The notes beneath the pieces were generated by a model. The model ran no database searches and had not been told where the DNA came from. It worked only from the letters and a program-made list of their open reading frames with translations. This document shows positions 10,703-20,570 of a stretch of 62,869 nucleotides of DNA, in pieces (the stretch's first letter is position 1; each line of letters opens with the position of its first letter). The position numbers and the translations under genes were made by a program. This DNA comes from Candidatus Hermodarchaeota archaeon (lineage in GTDB: Archaea > Asgardarchaeota > Lokiarchaeia > Sigyniarchaeales > SOKP01). The stretch is from positions 1 to 62,869 of the forward strand of contig JBHLLP010000018.1 of assembly GCA_048885525.1 (NCBI GenBank), written 5' to 3'.

Positions 10703-12136
10703 TCAATGTTTTCCTCTAACATTTATATTTCGTTTTTTTGTCTCTTTGTATTCAATTAATTTATCTTGATGGGCTTTTTCAATATATTTCTTCAATTCTT
10801 TTAGATAATCTCCCTTAATTTGATAGAATTTTAAAGCAATCATTCCAAGAGCATCCATTATTGAAGGAACGATGAATAATAAAAATTTAATACCGATAAT
10901 AGCACTTTCAGATTGAATGTATCCTTCGGGTGCATTTTGTCTAAATCCAAAAAGAATTAGAACTGTGACAGCGAGGATTGGACCAGTACTTTCTGCGATT
11001 TTATTAAAAATAGCATTAGTTCCAAGGTACATCCCTTCTCGGCGTGTGTTATACTTCATTTCATCTTCGTCACAAACTAATAATAAATATGGGTTGACAA
11101 AGACCGAATATCCTCCTAAAATGATTTTAATTATTAATAACCCAAACCATATAAATTCAGTCCCTTTTAGCAAGCTAATAAGAAATGCAACCATTGCAAT
11201 GGAAATCTCTATCGCTCTTCCATGCATTATTAATGATTGCATTACTTTTTTCTCAGATAATCTCACATAGACCAATTGACCAATTACTCCTCCTAATCCA
11301 AAAGTAATTAGAAGAATTGTGTCAAATCCAGTAGTAAAAAGAAGGGCGTACACAAACATGAACGAAAAAGTCATTGTTTCATTAATAACTCGAAAAAATC
11401 TATAAAGAGTAAAAGAAACAAAGGATCTTGAGCGAATACATTGTTTAAAAGATTTAAACCAGCCAGATAGATTCATTTCTTGATGTAATTCGGGTCGTTC
11501 ATGTAATTTTATTCCTGCCAAGACAAAGATTATGGCACTTATTACAGCTAGGATACCTGAAAATAACTGAAAAGCGATTAATCCAGCATTCTTAATTGTT
11601 AAAGTAAAGAGGATAGGAATTCCTCCAATAGCGCCTACGACACCTCCTAAGAAAAAAATTTTATTCCGGTCATCTATACTTTCAGCAATTTCAGGTAATA
11701 ATGCATCCCATACCAAGATAACCATTGTTAACATATTATCGTAAAGAACCATCATTATGATGAAATGGAGAAAAATGATAATTTGATTATCATAACTCCA
11801 AGGTACCCAAATAAGAAAAAATAAAAGCGCCCAGATTGGCCCCCCATATTTAATAAAGATTAGACGACGACTGCCCCATTTATTCACGTCAACACGATCA
11901 CTCCACTGTCCTAATAATGGGTCATTTAAAGCATTGAAGATTCCATATATGACCATTCCAATAACAAATAAAAATTGTTCCAAACCAAGATAATCCCAAA
12001 AGAAATAAACATATACTATATTAAATATTCCCGGCATCAAAGTGAAGGGGACTTTGTTTATTAAATAATAAATCTTTTGATTGCGATAGAATGTATCTGC
12101 GTCCTTATGATTAGTCATGGGTTCATTTTCGGACAT
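10703..12136 (-). CDS. MFS transporter, glycoside-pentoside-hexuronide (MelB-like) family
   Basis: NALNDPLLGQWSDR, DEDEMKYNTRREGMY. Confidence 0.9.
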   Translation of the reverse strand: MSENEPMTNHKDADTFYRNQKIYYLINKVPFTLMPGIFNIVYVYFFWDYLGLEQFLFVIGMVIYGIFNALNDPLLGQWSDRVDVNKWGSRRLIFIKYGGPIWALLFFLIWVPWSYDNQIIIFLHFIIMMVLYDNMLTMVILVWDALLPEIAESIDDRNKIFFLGGVVGAIGGIPILFTLTIKNAGLIAFQLFSGILAVISAIIFVLAGIKLHERPELHQEMNLSGWFKSFKQCIRSRSFVSFTLYRFFRVINETMTFSFMFVYALLFTTGFDTILLITFGLGGVIGQLVYVRLSEKKVMQSLIMHGRAIEISIAMVAFLISLLKGTEFIWFGLLIIKIILGGYSVFVNPYLLLVCDEDEMKYNTRREGMYLGTNAIFNKIAESTGPILAVTVLILFGFRQNAPEGYIQSESAIIGIKFLLFIVPSIMDALGMIALKFYQIKGDYLKELKKYIEKAHQDKLIEYKETKKRNINVRGKH

Positions 12137-12264
12137 TGATTCTTAACCTTTGATAGCAGATTTTTAATGAAATAAAGAATAATAGGATTTAAACGTTATA
12201 ATAAAAATCTTGGGATAATATCACTCGAAATTAAGTTTAAAATTTCTTACATTAAAACTGAAAG

Positions 12265-15177
12265 TTAAAAGAAGGCATCCATTTTTTTAATACCTTTTAT
12301 CTCCTCATAGGTAATACCTAATGCATCCAATACTTGTTCTAATGCTGAAATAAGAAGTTGTTTATACTTCTTTATGTCAACATCCTGGAGTTTAGCAAGT
12401 TCAAGTGCTTTAGCACCGAATAATCCCTTACTTTTGATGAAACTAATAGTTTCGCCTTTTTGAAATTCTTTTCCGGTGACATCCCTTAATTCTAATGCAG
12501 CTCTAACATGTTGAGGGACTACTTTTATATAACTTTTAAGATCCTTTTGTAATGCTATATTTATTGCATAATCCTCTAAAGTAAAAGTATCTGTTTTTCC
12601 AATCTTCTTAAGATTATTCCTTACAATTTCGATAATATTGTCTTTAGCTTTCAAAAATTCATCATTTGTTGTTATAGCTTTCAAGATTTCAATCATTTCA
12701 TTAAAGACTTTCTTGATAAAATCAGGTGTGTTTTTCTTTTTAGCCACGAGTCCTTTAATATCTACATATTTCGTATCTTTATAAATACCTACATAATTTT
12801 TCTTTCTATCAGAAAGTGCTAGAAATTGATATGTCTTTTCTTCTTCTAAATCAAGATCCAGTTCTTTTTTACTCCATTCTGATATTTGTCTCATCTGACC
12901 TTCAGTAGGGTTCAAAAGAAAAACTGAATCTGTATCTCCATATAAAACTTTCACACCTATGTCTTCAGATTTCTTAATTGTTTGTTTTATAGAATACTGA
13001 CCTATCGATGTTGTACTTTCTGCTACAGGGAGACAAAAAAGAGGAAAATTCTGAGAACCGAAAACTCCATAAGAACCATTAATAAATACTTTAAGAGCTT
13101 GTTGAATTGTTTCATAATAGTTTTGTTGTTTTTCTGTTAGACTTTTATCCCCTGATTTAGGTTTAAAATATTTTACTCTGATATCTCGAAAAAATCCTAC
13201 AACATATGCAAAGATCCCCATTTTTTTAGTGCAAATATGGTATGGAGTGCCTTTTACAAGATTATCTTCATCATCTTTATGAGGACATAAAACAGTTTCA
13301 TATGAAAGATTATATTCCTTAATAATTGAAGGGTATAGTGAGGCAAAATCCATAACAACAACATCGAAATGGATACCTGGAACGGGTGGAACTACATATG
13401 CTCCTGCAAATGTTTTACCTTCGATAACTGCCTTAGAATATCCCCCAGTTTTTAATTCATTTATTTCAGATCTACGAGGAATAAGATAATTATTACGTCT
13501 GTGTTCAAAATAAAAAATATTCTGTATCCAAGTTGAGATTTGACGCCTTACTGTTTCATGAATAGGCATCTTAGTTATACGACATAATAATATAATTAAA
13601 TTCCAAACTAATGAATTATTAAATTTTGTTAATTCTAATGTAAGAATTGAATCTTTTAAATTATACCACGTAAGTATATTATATTCCATTTCATGGATCT
13701 CTTCTTCATGTTCATATTTCTTTCTTCCAAGCAAAGCATCACTAATTGCATTTAATGAACTACTTTCGTAGGCTCCTCCAAAAGCATAACCTGAAATACT
13801 TCTATTAAAAAAGAAATTAAAAAGATCAACATGGATTCCTTTTCTTAAATCGCAATCTGATGCTGATAAGAAACCAAACCCTCTTTTAATATGTATAGGA
13901 TTTAAATCTTTATCTATTTTTAAAATGTTTGCTCTATGAAACATGTAATTTAAATCAAAATTATCTCCATTAAAAGTAATTATTACCGGGTATTCCCATA
14001 AAAGCCGAAATGTTTCTGTTAATAATTCTTTTTCACTTTTAAAAAAAATTAATTTAGCATCTGAAGGAAATTTCTTATGAAGTCCAGTATAAAAAAATCC
14101 TTCTCTCTCTAATACATAAACCAATTTTAATCCATCTGAAGCCACAAAAGATATACTAATTATTGCTTGTTTCGCTTGACGAGGATCTGGAATAATAAAA
14201 TCTTCTGATCCCAACCTTACTTCAATATCCATTGCTAGCCGCTTTACATCTGGAATTGGAGTTAAAAAGATATCCAAAAATTTTTCTGAAAATTCTTGAA
14301 TTTCTTTAGATTCTTCCAAAAATAAACTACGTAATTCACTTGCCATCCTTTTTGTTTCTTCTGAATCCTCTTCAAAACTTAGTTTTTTAATTTGTCCACC
14401 CTTAATGTTATAAATTAAACCAGGAATAAGTTGCCTATCGAAAATATAGTTTAAATGGTATCTGATGTCTGCTTCCCAGGCTTTTTTATTATTTTTACCC
14501 AAAATATTTCTGACATTAGTACCAGATCCTCCTATATCCGAAGGAGTTTTACCATATATTTTTGTCATAGATATTTTTTTGTCCTTTAACAAATCTATTT
14601 TTTCGATTTCTTCAAATCTAATGAATCCTTCATAATCTTTTAATTCAACAATGTTTTCCAATTCTGAAATAGATTCTTTACTTAAACAATAAGGCTCATG
14701 ATCCGTAGTATCAATCCAAATCTTTATATCATCAGTTTCTAAATCATAAAATTTACAAAATGCTTTGTTTTGTCCACCATCATAATCAACATCAAGTAAC
14801 AATCCTTTATTCATATCTTCTACTATTTCTCCTTTTTCAATCAAGTATCGAATGTATTTTGAAGATACACTTTCACGTGTAACCTTGGGTAGTTTTATAT
14901 TTCCCTCTTTTAAGCCAAATGGTTTTCCATTTCCCTTAAAAAATAAATTTGAAGGAATTTCTTTTAAAGCTTTTTCTAATTGAGAAGTTGATTTTATTAT
15001 TTCCTCTTTTTTTATAGTCTTGGGTTGAGTTTTTGGTTTTTCTTTTATGCTTTTTTTTACCTGTGGTTTTTTGGGTTCTTCAGGTGTTTTTTCCTTTTCT
15101 TTTTCCTTTTTATTAACAAAAGTAAAAAGTGAAGTTTGAGACTTATCATCTGGTTTTTTCTTTTTCGCAGGTGGCAT
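12265..15177 (-). CDS. polB1: Family B DNA polymerase (PolB1-type) with intact exonuclease and polymerase motifs
   Basis: Exonuclease DIEV, FNGDNFD, YNLKD; polymerase DFASLYPS, KVFINGSYG, YGDTDS. Confidence 0.93.
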   Translation of the reverse strand: MPPAKKKKPDDKSQTSLFTFVNKKEKEKEKTPEEPKKPQVKKSIKEKPKTQPKTIKKEEIIKSTSQLEKALKEIPSNLFFKGNGKPFGLKEGNIKLPKVTRESVSSKYIRYLIEKGEIVEDMNKGLLLDVDYDGGQNKAFCKFYDLETDDIKIWIDTTDHEPYCLSKESISELENIVELKDYEGFIRFEEIEKIDLLKDKKISMTKIYGKTPSDIGGSGTNVRNILGKNNKKAWEADIRYHLNYIFDRQLIPGLIYNIKGGQIKKLSFEEDSEETKRMASELRSLFLEESKEIQEFSEKFLDIFLTPIPDVKRLAMDIEVRLGSEDFIIPDPRQAKQAIISISFVASDGLKLVYVLEREGFFYTGLHKKFPSDAKLIFFKSEKELLTETFRLLWEYPVIITFNGDNFDLNYMFHRANILKIDKDLNPIHIKRGFGFLSASDCDLRKGIHVDLFNFFFNRSISGYAFGGAYESSSLNAISDALLGRKKYEHEEEIHEMEYNILTWYNLKDSILTLELTKFNNSLVWNLIILLCRITKMPIHETVRRQISTWIQNIFYFEHRRNNYLIPRRSEINELKTGGYSKAVIEGKTFAGAYVVPPVPGIHFDVVVMDFASLYPSIIKEYNLSYETVLCPHKDDEDNLVKGTPYHICTKKMGIFAYVVGFFRDIRVKYFKPKSGDKSLTEKQQNYYETIQQALKVFINGSYGVFGSQNFPLFCLPVAESTTSIGQYSIKQTIKKSEDIGVKVLYGDTDSVFLLNPTEGQMRQISEWSKKELDLDLEEEKTYQFLALSDRKKNYVGIYKDTKYVDIKGLVAKKKNTPDFIKKVFNEMIEILKAITTNDEFLKAKDNIIEIVRNNLKKIGKTDTFTLEDYAINIALQKDLKSYIKVVPQHVRAALELRDVTGKEFQKGETISFIKSKGLFGAKALELAKLQDVDIKKYKQLLISALEQVLDALGITYEEIKGIKKMDAFF

Positions 15178-15342
15178 ACTTAACTATCAAACTAATATTA
15201 TTCTGTCTAATATAAATAATTATTACAATATTTATTATAATACCCACTTATTCCTTCTTTAACAATTTATATACTACTCAAAACTATAGTAATTTTATAG
15301 ATAAAAGAGAACGAGCTAATAAAAGAAAATAAAACTCTGTGA

Positions 15343-15690
15343 CTAACTGTTATTACCAATTAGTTTCTTAATTTCTTCTAAAAGAAGTTGTTTCTCAGCG
15401 ATATACCAATCAATTTGACTTCGACTTGGATTCTCATGGTAAATTACTTCAGCTACATTCCTAATTTCGTCTTCTGAGGGAGGAATCAATTGTCCGTTGA
15501 CATCATCTCTTATTAAAAGAATTAAGTTGTCGGTCTCTAAGGGTTTAATATCGTATCCATCTTTGATGTTATTATTAATAGTAACACATAGTTCGGCAAG
15601 TCTCCAAACAGACTTCTCTAAACTTTGATTCTCTTTATAAATTTTGAATGCTAATTTAGTTACATCTTCTTTTGTAAACATTTTACTCAA
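15343..15690 (-). CDS. Hypothetical protein with a duplicated short helical motif (DUF2934-like)
   Basis: EDVTKLAFKIYKE...WRLAE and DEIRNVAEVIYHE...WYIAE. Confidence 0.7.
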   Translation of the reverse strand: MSKMFTKEDVTKLAFKIYKENQSLEKSVWRLAELCVTINNNIKDGYDIKPLETDNLILLIRDDVNGQLIPPSEDEIRNVAEVIYHENPSRSQIDWYIAEKQLLLEEIKKLIGNNS

Positions 15691-15839
15691 ACAGAAGTCT
15701 TAATTGAACAAAAATTTGAAGTCTTAATAACAAAAAGAATAGTAGACTTTTAATTATTTGTGTTGATTTTATAAAGGGTTTAAAACCACAAAATTAAAAA
15801 TTTATAATAATTTCTTATAAATAGACATTATTATAAATT

Positions 15840-15941
15840 GCCTCCGTGGCTTAGTGGTAGAGCAGCAGACTTGTAAAAGAGCTTTTTAACAAAATGCTCT
15901 ATAGAATCTGCCGGTCGTGGGTTCAAGTCCCACCGGGGGCT
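15840..15941 (+). tRNA. tRNA-Thr(UGU) with a 30-nt anticodon-loop intron
   Basis: Acceptor stem GCCTCCG/CGGGGGC; D-arm; anticodon stem GCAGA/TCTGC with CT-TGT-A; T-arm GTGGG-TTCAAGT-CCCAC; intron about 15876-15906; CCA not encoded. Confidence 0.95.
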
Positions 15942-16060
15942 CTATTATTCTAAAAATCTCTAATTAGTTTTGGTTTTTATCTTAATTAATTTTTTATAAG
16001 AGCATTTATTAATTTCAAAGAATAAGAAGATATAATTAGTTCGAAAATTGGTGATATCTA

Positions 16061-17635
16061 ATAAATAAGGTCGACAGAATTATTCTTTGTATTATGGATG
16101 ACGTCAGATCCGCCCATTTTTTTGATTTTATTAAAAAAGGGTTACTACCAAACTTAAAAAAATTAGTAGAGAATGGGATTTATAGTGAAAATTGTATCAC
16201 TGATTTTCCCGCTACTACTTATCCTACCCAAGTTTCTTTATTAACAGGAACCTATACCGGAAATTTTAAGAAGGAGCCATGTCACGGAGTTCCCCTCCTA
16301 AATTGGATGGGACGTGATTTTTCACCGCCAATATTAAGGGAATATGCTGCTAAAGATTTACAAATATATAAAATAAACAATGATATGGGGAAAAATTGTA
16401 GAACTATCCTTGAAATGGTGGGAGAAGGAAATACCGCGAGTATAGCACAGTTCATTAATAGAGGGGCAGATTACATTTTTCCTGAGAGAAAGACAAAACT
16501 CGCAATGTTTTATCTTCTCTTGAAATACCTTCCTAGTGTTAAAAGAAGATTGATTAGATCTAATTCTGTAATAGCACAAAAATTAATACAAGTTTTTGAA
16601 AAACCTAGGAAATTCTTTGATAATTCAGAACCACCCATTGCTTCTTTACTTTGGTTTATCTCATCTGATCTTTTAATGCATAAATTTGGTTTTGACTCAC
16701 ATATATATAAGTTAAATTTACTCCATATAGATAAAGTCATTGGAGTTTTAATTGATAATTTGGAGAGATTAGGCTATTTAGACAATATTGCTATAGTAGT
16801 TACTTCTGATCATGGAAATTATAAAGTTAATAAGATAGGCAATTTAGCTCCCTTTTTCAAACAGAAGGGTTTAGTAAATTATCATCCTCATAGAAGAATA
16901 AAAGGAAATATGGATCTTGCTTATTATGCTGGTGTAGGATTTTTCTATTTTAAGGGTATTGATAATATCAATTATAATAATGGTTGGGGTCATCCTACAC
17001 TTAAAGAGCTTGAGCATTATGGCCCTAAAAGAATAAACTTATTGAGAGATTTATTTAAAATCAATGGAAGCCGTTTAATGTTTTATAAAGATGATAATAA
17101 TAAACATAATAAAGGAATCATTCATCTTAAAAGAAAAATTGAAAACACTGGCAAAATAATAACTGGAAGGCTTGAGTATGAAAGAAGTAGTAAGGATTAT
17201 AAAACTCGATATATTTCAGACAGCAATGATCAGGATATTTTTGGATTTCTTAATGATATTGCAGCGAGTAGGTTATTAGATAATAAATTTCACTCGATTC
17301 AAGAATGGTTAGAAGCTACATACCACTTAGATTACCCTATGCATCCAGATTTGATACCACGCCACTTTAAAAATCCTAGAAGTGCTGATATAATCCTATC
17401 TAATGATGAAACCATAAAATTTGGAATTCACCATGGGAAGCAAAAAAGTAAAACTCTTTATGATCATGATATAGGTTTACGAAAATGCATGACAGTTCCC
17501 TTAATAATAGGAGGTTCTTTAGAAATTCCTCAAAAGCAAGTTAAAGTCTGTAAAATCACAGATATAGTTCCCACTTTATTAAGTCTTATAGGAAAAAGAC
17601 CACATGACAGTGTTATTGGTGAAAGTTTGGTTTAA
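16061..17635 (+). CDS. Alkaline phosphatase superfamily protein (nucleotide pyrophosphatase/phosphodiesterase-like)
   Basis: IILCIMDDVR, FPATTYP (Thr nucleophile), DLLMH, TSDHG, DHD; start extended from 16094 to ATA 16061 (see findings). Confidence 0.85.
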   Translation: MNKVDRIILCIMDDVRSAHFFDFIKKGLLPNLKKLVENGIYSENCITDFPATTYPTQVSLLTGTYTGNFKKEPCHGVPLLNWMGRDFSPPILREYAAKDLQIYKINNDMGKNCRTILEMVGEGNTASIAQFINRGADYIFPERKTKLAMFYLLLKYLPSVKRRLIRSNSVIAQKLIQVFEKPRKFFDNSEPPIASLLWFISSDLLMHKFGFDSHIYKLNLLHIDKVIGVLIDNLERLGYLDNIAIVVTSDHGNYKVNKIGNLAPFFKQKGLVNYHPHRRIKGNMDLAYYAGVGFFYFKGIDNINYNNGWGHPTLKELEHYGPKRINLLRDLFKINGSRLMFYKDDNNKHNKGIIHLKRKIENTGKIITGRLEYERSSKDYKTRYISDSNDQDIFGFLNDIAASRLLDNKFHSIQEWLEATYHLDYPMHPDLIPRHFKNPRSADIILSNDETIKFGIHHGKQKSKTLYDHDIGLRKCMTVPLIIGGSLEIPQKQVKVCKITDIVPTLLSLIGKRPHDSVIGESLV

Positions 17636-17783
17636 TTTTTATTATGTTAGTTTTTTAAATTAAAATAATTTTGGATTAATAATTAAAGTATTAATTCAAA
17701 TTGATGAAAGTAATTATATTGAACTATATATTCTAAATAGAATTAATTAGTAAATAATTATAAATAAATAAATATTTAAATAA

Positions 17784-18464
17784 TTGATGGAAAATCTTGA
17801 TATGAATGAAGTTGATGAAAAAAAGCTTGTTAAATTAAATATTGATGATTTAACACGTTTATTCATGGAAAACATTAAAGAACAAACTTTAAAGTTAATT
17901 GAGGGAATTGAGTTTCTTGTAGATGAAAATTTCGATAAATTTATGGAAGATATGAAATATGTCATTAAAACTTCTACCGAAGTTCATATAAAAAAAGTGT
18001 TTGAATCAAAGATTTTTAAATCGAAATTAATGTTTTCTAAAGCTGATAGGTTAAAACTATTTACTAAAATTAATGATATAAAAAACATAGGGGAATTTTT
18101 AGCAAATAAAATGCTTCTTTATAGAGTAGTATTCCCTGATGATACATTTAAACTTCAAATTTTAGATATACTTAAATCTTTAAGAGCAATTTCTAATGAC
18201 ATATCTGAAGCTGTGAGTCTAATTGGATCTGATCTGAGTAAAGCTCATGATGTCTGTGAAAATATAAAAGAAGAAAGAAGATCGATGAGAAAAAAAGAAT
18301 GGAAATTAATAAATCGTTTATACAATTATGACATGGATTATTTATCTAGGACTTTCTTATATCTTAAAGAATTAATTGAAACTATAATGATGCTTGCTGA
18401 TCATATTAAAAATTTCTCAGAATATATACAATTTCTTGCTACAAAGTATCTAATTTTTGATTAA
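17784..18464 (+). CDS. DUF47/PhoU-like phosphate transport regulator (divergent)
   Basis: All-helical; KADRLKL and LADHIKNFSEY resemble DUF47; lies directly upstream of PiT. Confidence 0.65.
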   Translation: MMENLDMNEVDEKKLVKLNIDDLTRLFMENIKEQTLKLIEGIEFLVDENFDKFMEDMKYVIKTSTEVHIKKVFESKIFKSKLMFSKADRLKLFTKINDIKNIGEFLANKMLLYRVVFPDDTFKLQILDILKSLRAISNDISEAVSLIGSDLSKAHDVCENIKEERRSMRKKEWKLINRLYNYDMDYLSRTFLYLKELIETIMMLADHIKNFSEYIQFLATKYLIFD

Positions 18465-18485
18465 GAATTTAAAAAAAGATTAATC

Positions 18486-19517
18486 ATGGCTGCAGAGCTT
18501 ACTTTAATTTTAGTTATAGTTTTAATAATAATGGCAATTTCTCTTGCTTTCTCAATAGGGGCAAATGATGAAACTCTTTCCGCATTAGTAGGGGCAGGAG
18601 TACTTAAATTTAAAATTGCCTTAATCATTGGAGGTATTGCGATTGCCTCGGGTATGATTTTGTTTAGTGGAGGATTTGTTGCTAAGACAGTAGGAGCAGA
18701 TATTTTAGGGGAGGGAATAACTTATACTACTTTTATGTTATTAACTGTTTTAATAAGTAGTATAATATGGTTAGTTATAGGGAGTTTTGCTGGTATACCT
18801 TTAAGCAGTACCCATTCGCTTATTGGAAGTATTTTTGGAGTTGTTATAATATATGCTTTATATCAAGGCGGAGTAAATCCTGAGACAGTTTTAAATTGGA
18901 CTAAATTAGGAAATGTTGTTTTAAGCTGGTTTTTATCTCCCTTATTTGGGTTTATTGTAACTTTTATTCTATTCAAATTAATTGCGAAATTATTTTTATC
19001 TCGTTTAAAGGGTTTAAATCAAATTGAGAAATCTGAAAGAAATTTCAAATGGATTTTGCTTTTTTCAGTAATTTTTGCTGAAATTTGGGTCGGTGCGAAC
19101 TCAGGTGAAGCTTTAGGTATTCTTTATGGACTCTTAAGCAGTGGTTCTATAGGTTTAACTCAATACTTCTTGTTTGCTGTTATTTGCGGAATTTTTGCTG
19201 GTTTAGGTATTTATATAGCTGCTCGTTATGTTATTAAAAATTTAGCTTCTCAGATGATCGATACTCGTCCTAGCGAGGGTATAATTCTACAAACAAGTTC
19301 AGCTGTTATTTTAATGATGGCTACAATTTTTGGATTACCAATATCTCATAGTCATGTTATAGTGTTTTGTATAATTGGATTAAGTGTAGCGCAGAAAAAG
19401 GAAGTAGATTATAAAGCTTTAGGTAAGATGGGAATATTTTGGTTTTTAACGTTTCCAATTGCAGCATTATTAGCAGGATTAATTTATTATGGATTTATCT
19501 ATTTTGGATTACCCTAA
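18486..19517 (+). CDS. Inorganic phosphate transporter (PiT family)
   Basis: GAND, GIPLSSTHSLIGS, GLPISHSH. Confidence 0.9.
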   Translation: MAAELTLILVIVLIIMAISLAFSIGANDETLSALVGAGVLKFKIALIIGGIAIASGMILFSGGFVAKTVGADILGEGITYTTFMLLTVLISSIIWLVIGSFAGIPLSSTHSLIGSIFGVVIIYALYQGGVNPETVLNWTKLGNVVLSWFLSPLFGFIVTFILFKLIAKLFLSRLKGLNQIEKSERNFKWILLFSVIFAEIWVGANSGEALGILYGLLSSGSIGLTQYFLFAVICGIFAGLGIYIAARYVIKNLASQMIDTRPSEGIILQTSSAVILMMATIFGLPISHSHVIVFCIIGLSVAQKKEVDYKALGKMGIFWFLTFPIAALLAGLIYYGFIYFGLP

Positions 19518-19590
19518 AATATTTATTACCAATTCATTTATATAGTCATATCATAAATAATTTTGATTTATTTATAAGAAAAAATCTTAT

Positions 19591-20283
19591 GTGATTATTA
19601 TGGGGTCCTTGATTGAATTTATGAAAAGAAGAACTGCTGAAAACGTATTAGAGAAGTCTGTAAAGCATGCTCAACAAGTTCAAAAATGTATCAGAAAACT
19701 AAATGAAGGAGTACAGCTTCTCTTAAAAACAAAGAAGGTTGAAAATTCTCATGCTATATTCCTTAATGTTGATGTGTTTGAAAGAGAAGCAGATACAATG
19801 AGGAGAGATATTATGAAAGATGTATCAAAAGGAGAATTGAATCCTAGTGTTCGTACTGATTTATCACACTTAGTAAAAAGAATGGATGACGTAGCTAATT
19901 GCGCAACTGGAGTCGCTCGAAGAATTGATACAATTCCAAACAAATTTTGGGAAGAAAGTAGTGAAGAAACCACTAATTTGATAAGTGAAATGATGATGAA
20001 ATCTGTTGAGTGTGTTGAATATTTAGATAAACTTTTAATAGATCTATTAGGAAACCGAACCCAAGTTAAAGATATTGCTATAAAAATCAATGACCTTGAA
20101 CATCAAGTTGATGTACTTAATATTAAACTAAGAAGAAGCCTTCAACAAACTGAATATGATGTTAATTACTTTACTGTTTTTACTGTAGGAATGACGATGA
20201 ACATAATTGAAGCCATTACCGATGCCATAGAGAATGTAGCTGATTATATAATGGTATTATTAACAAGCTCAGAAACAACCTAA
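19591..20283 (+). CDS. DUF47 family phosphate transport regulator
   Basis: EREAD...R, RxDL..L...MDDVAN, LEHQVD, ITDAIENVAD. Confidence 0.9.
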   Translation: MIIMGSLIEFMKRRTAENVLEKSVKHAQQVQKCIRKLNEGVQLLLKTKKVENSHAIFLNVDVFEREADTMRRDIMKDVSKGELNPSVRTDLSHLVKRMDDVANCATGVARRIDTIPNKFWEESSEETTNLISEMMMKSVECVEYLDKLLIDLLGNRTQVKDIAIKINDLEHQVDVLNIKLRRSLQQTEYDVNYFTVFTVGMTMNIIEAITDAIENVADYIMVLLTSSETT

Positions 20284-20570
20284 ATTAAATAGGATACTTA
20301 TAAATTAGAGAGATTTTACTAACAGTATTTAGAATAATTCATAATCTCAAAGTAAATCCTCTTTAATTCTTACATCTATCTGATATTCGAAATTCCTATA
20401 AATATTAAATTATTATACCTCTATTGCTTTGAATAGGAAGGATCTTAGACATATTTTATATAAAAAAAGAATTCCTATATATAGTCTATATAGATAAGAA
20501 TTTAAATAAAATAAATATTTGATATATATAAATAAAAAGCATCAATAAGGATAAATAAAATTCTATATAG

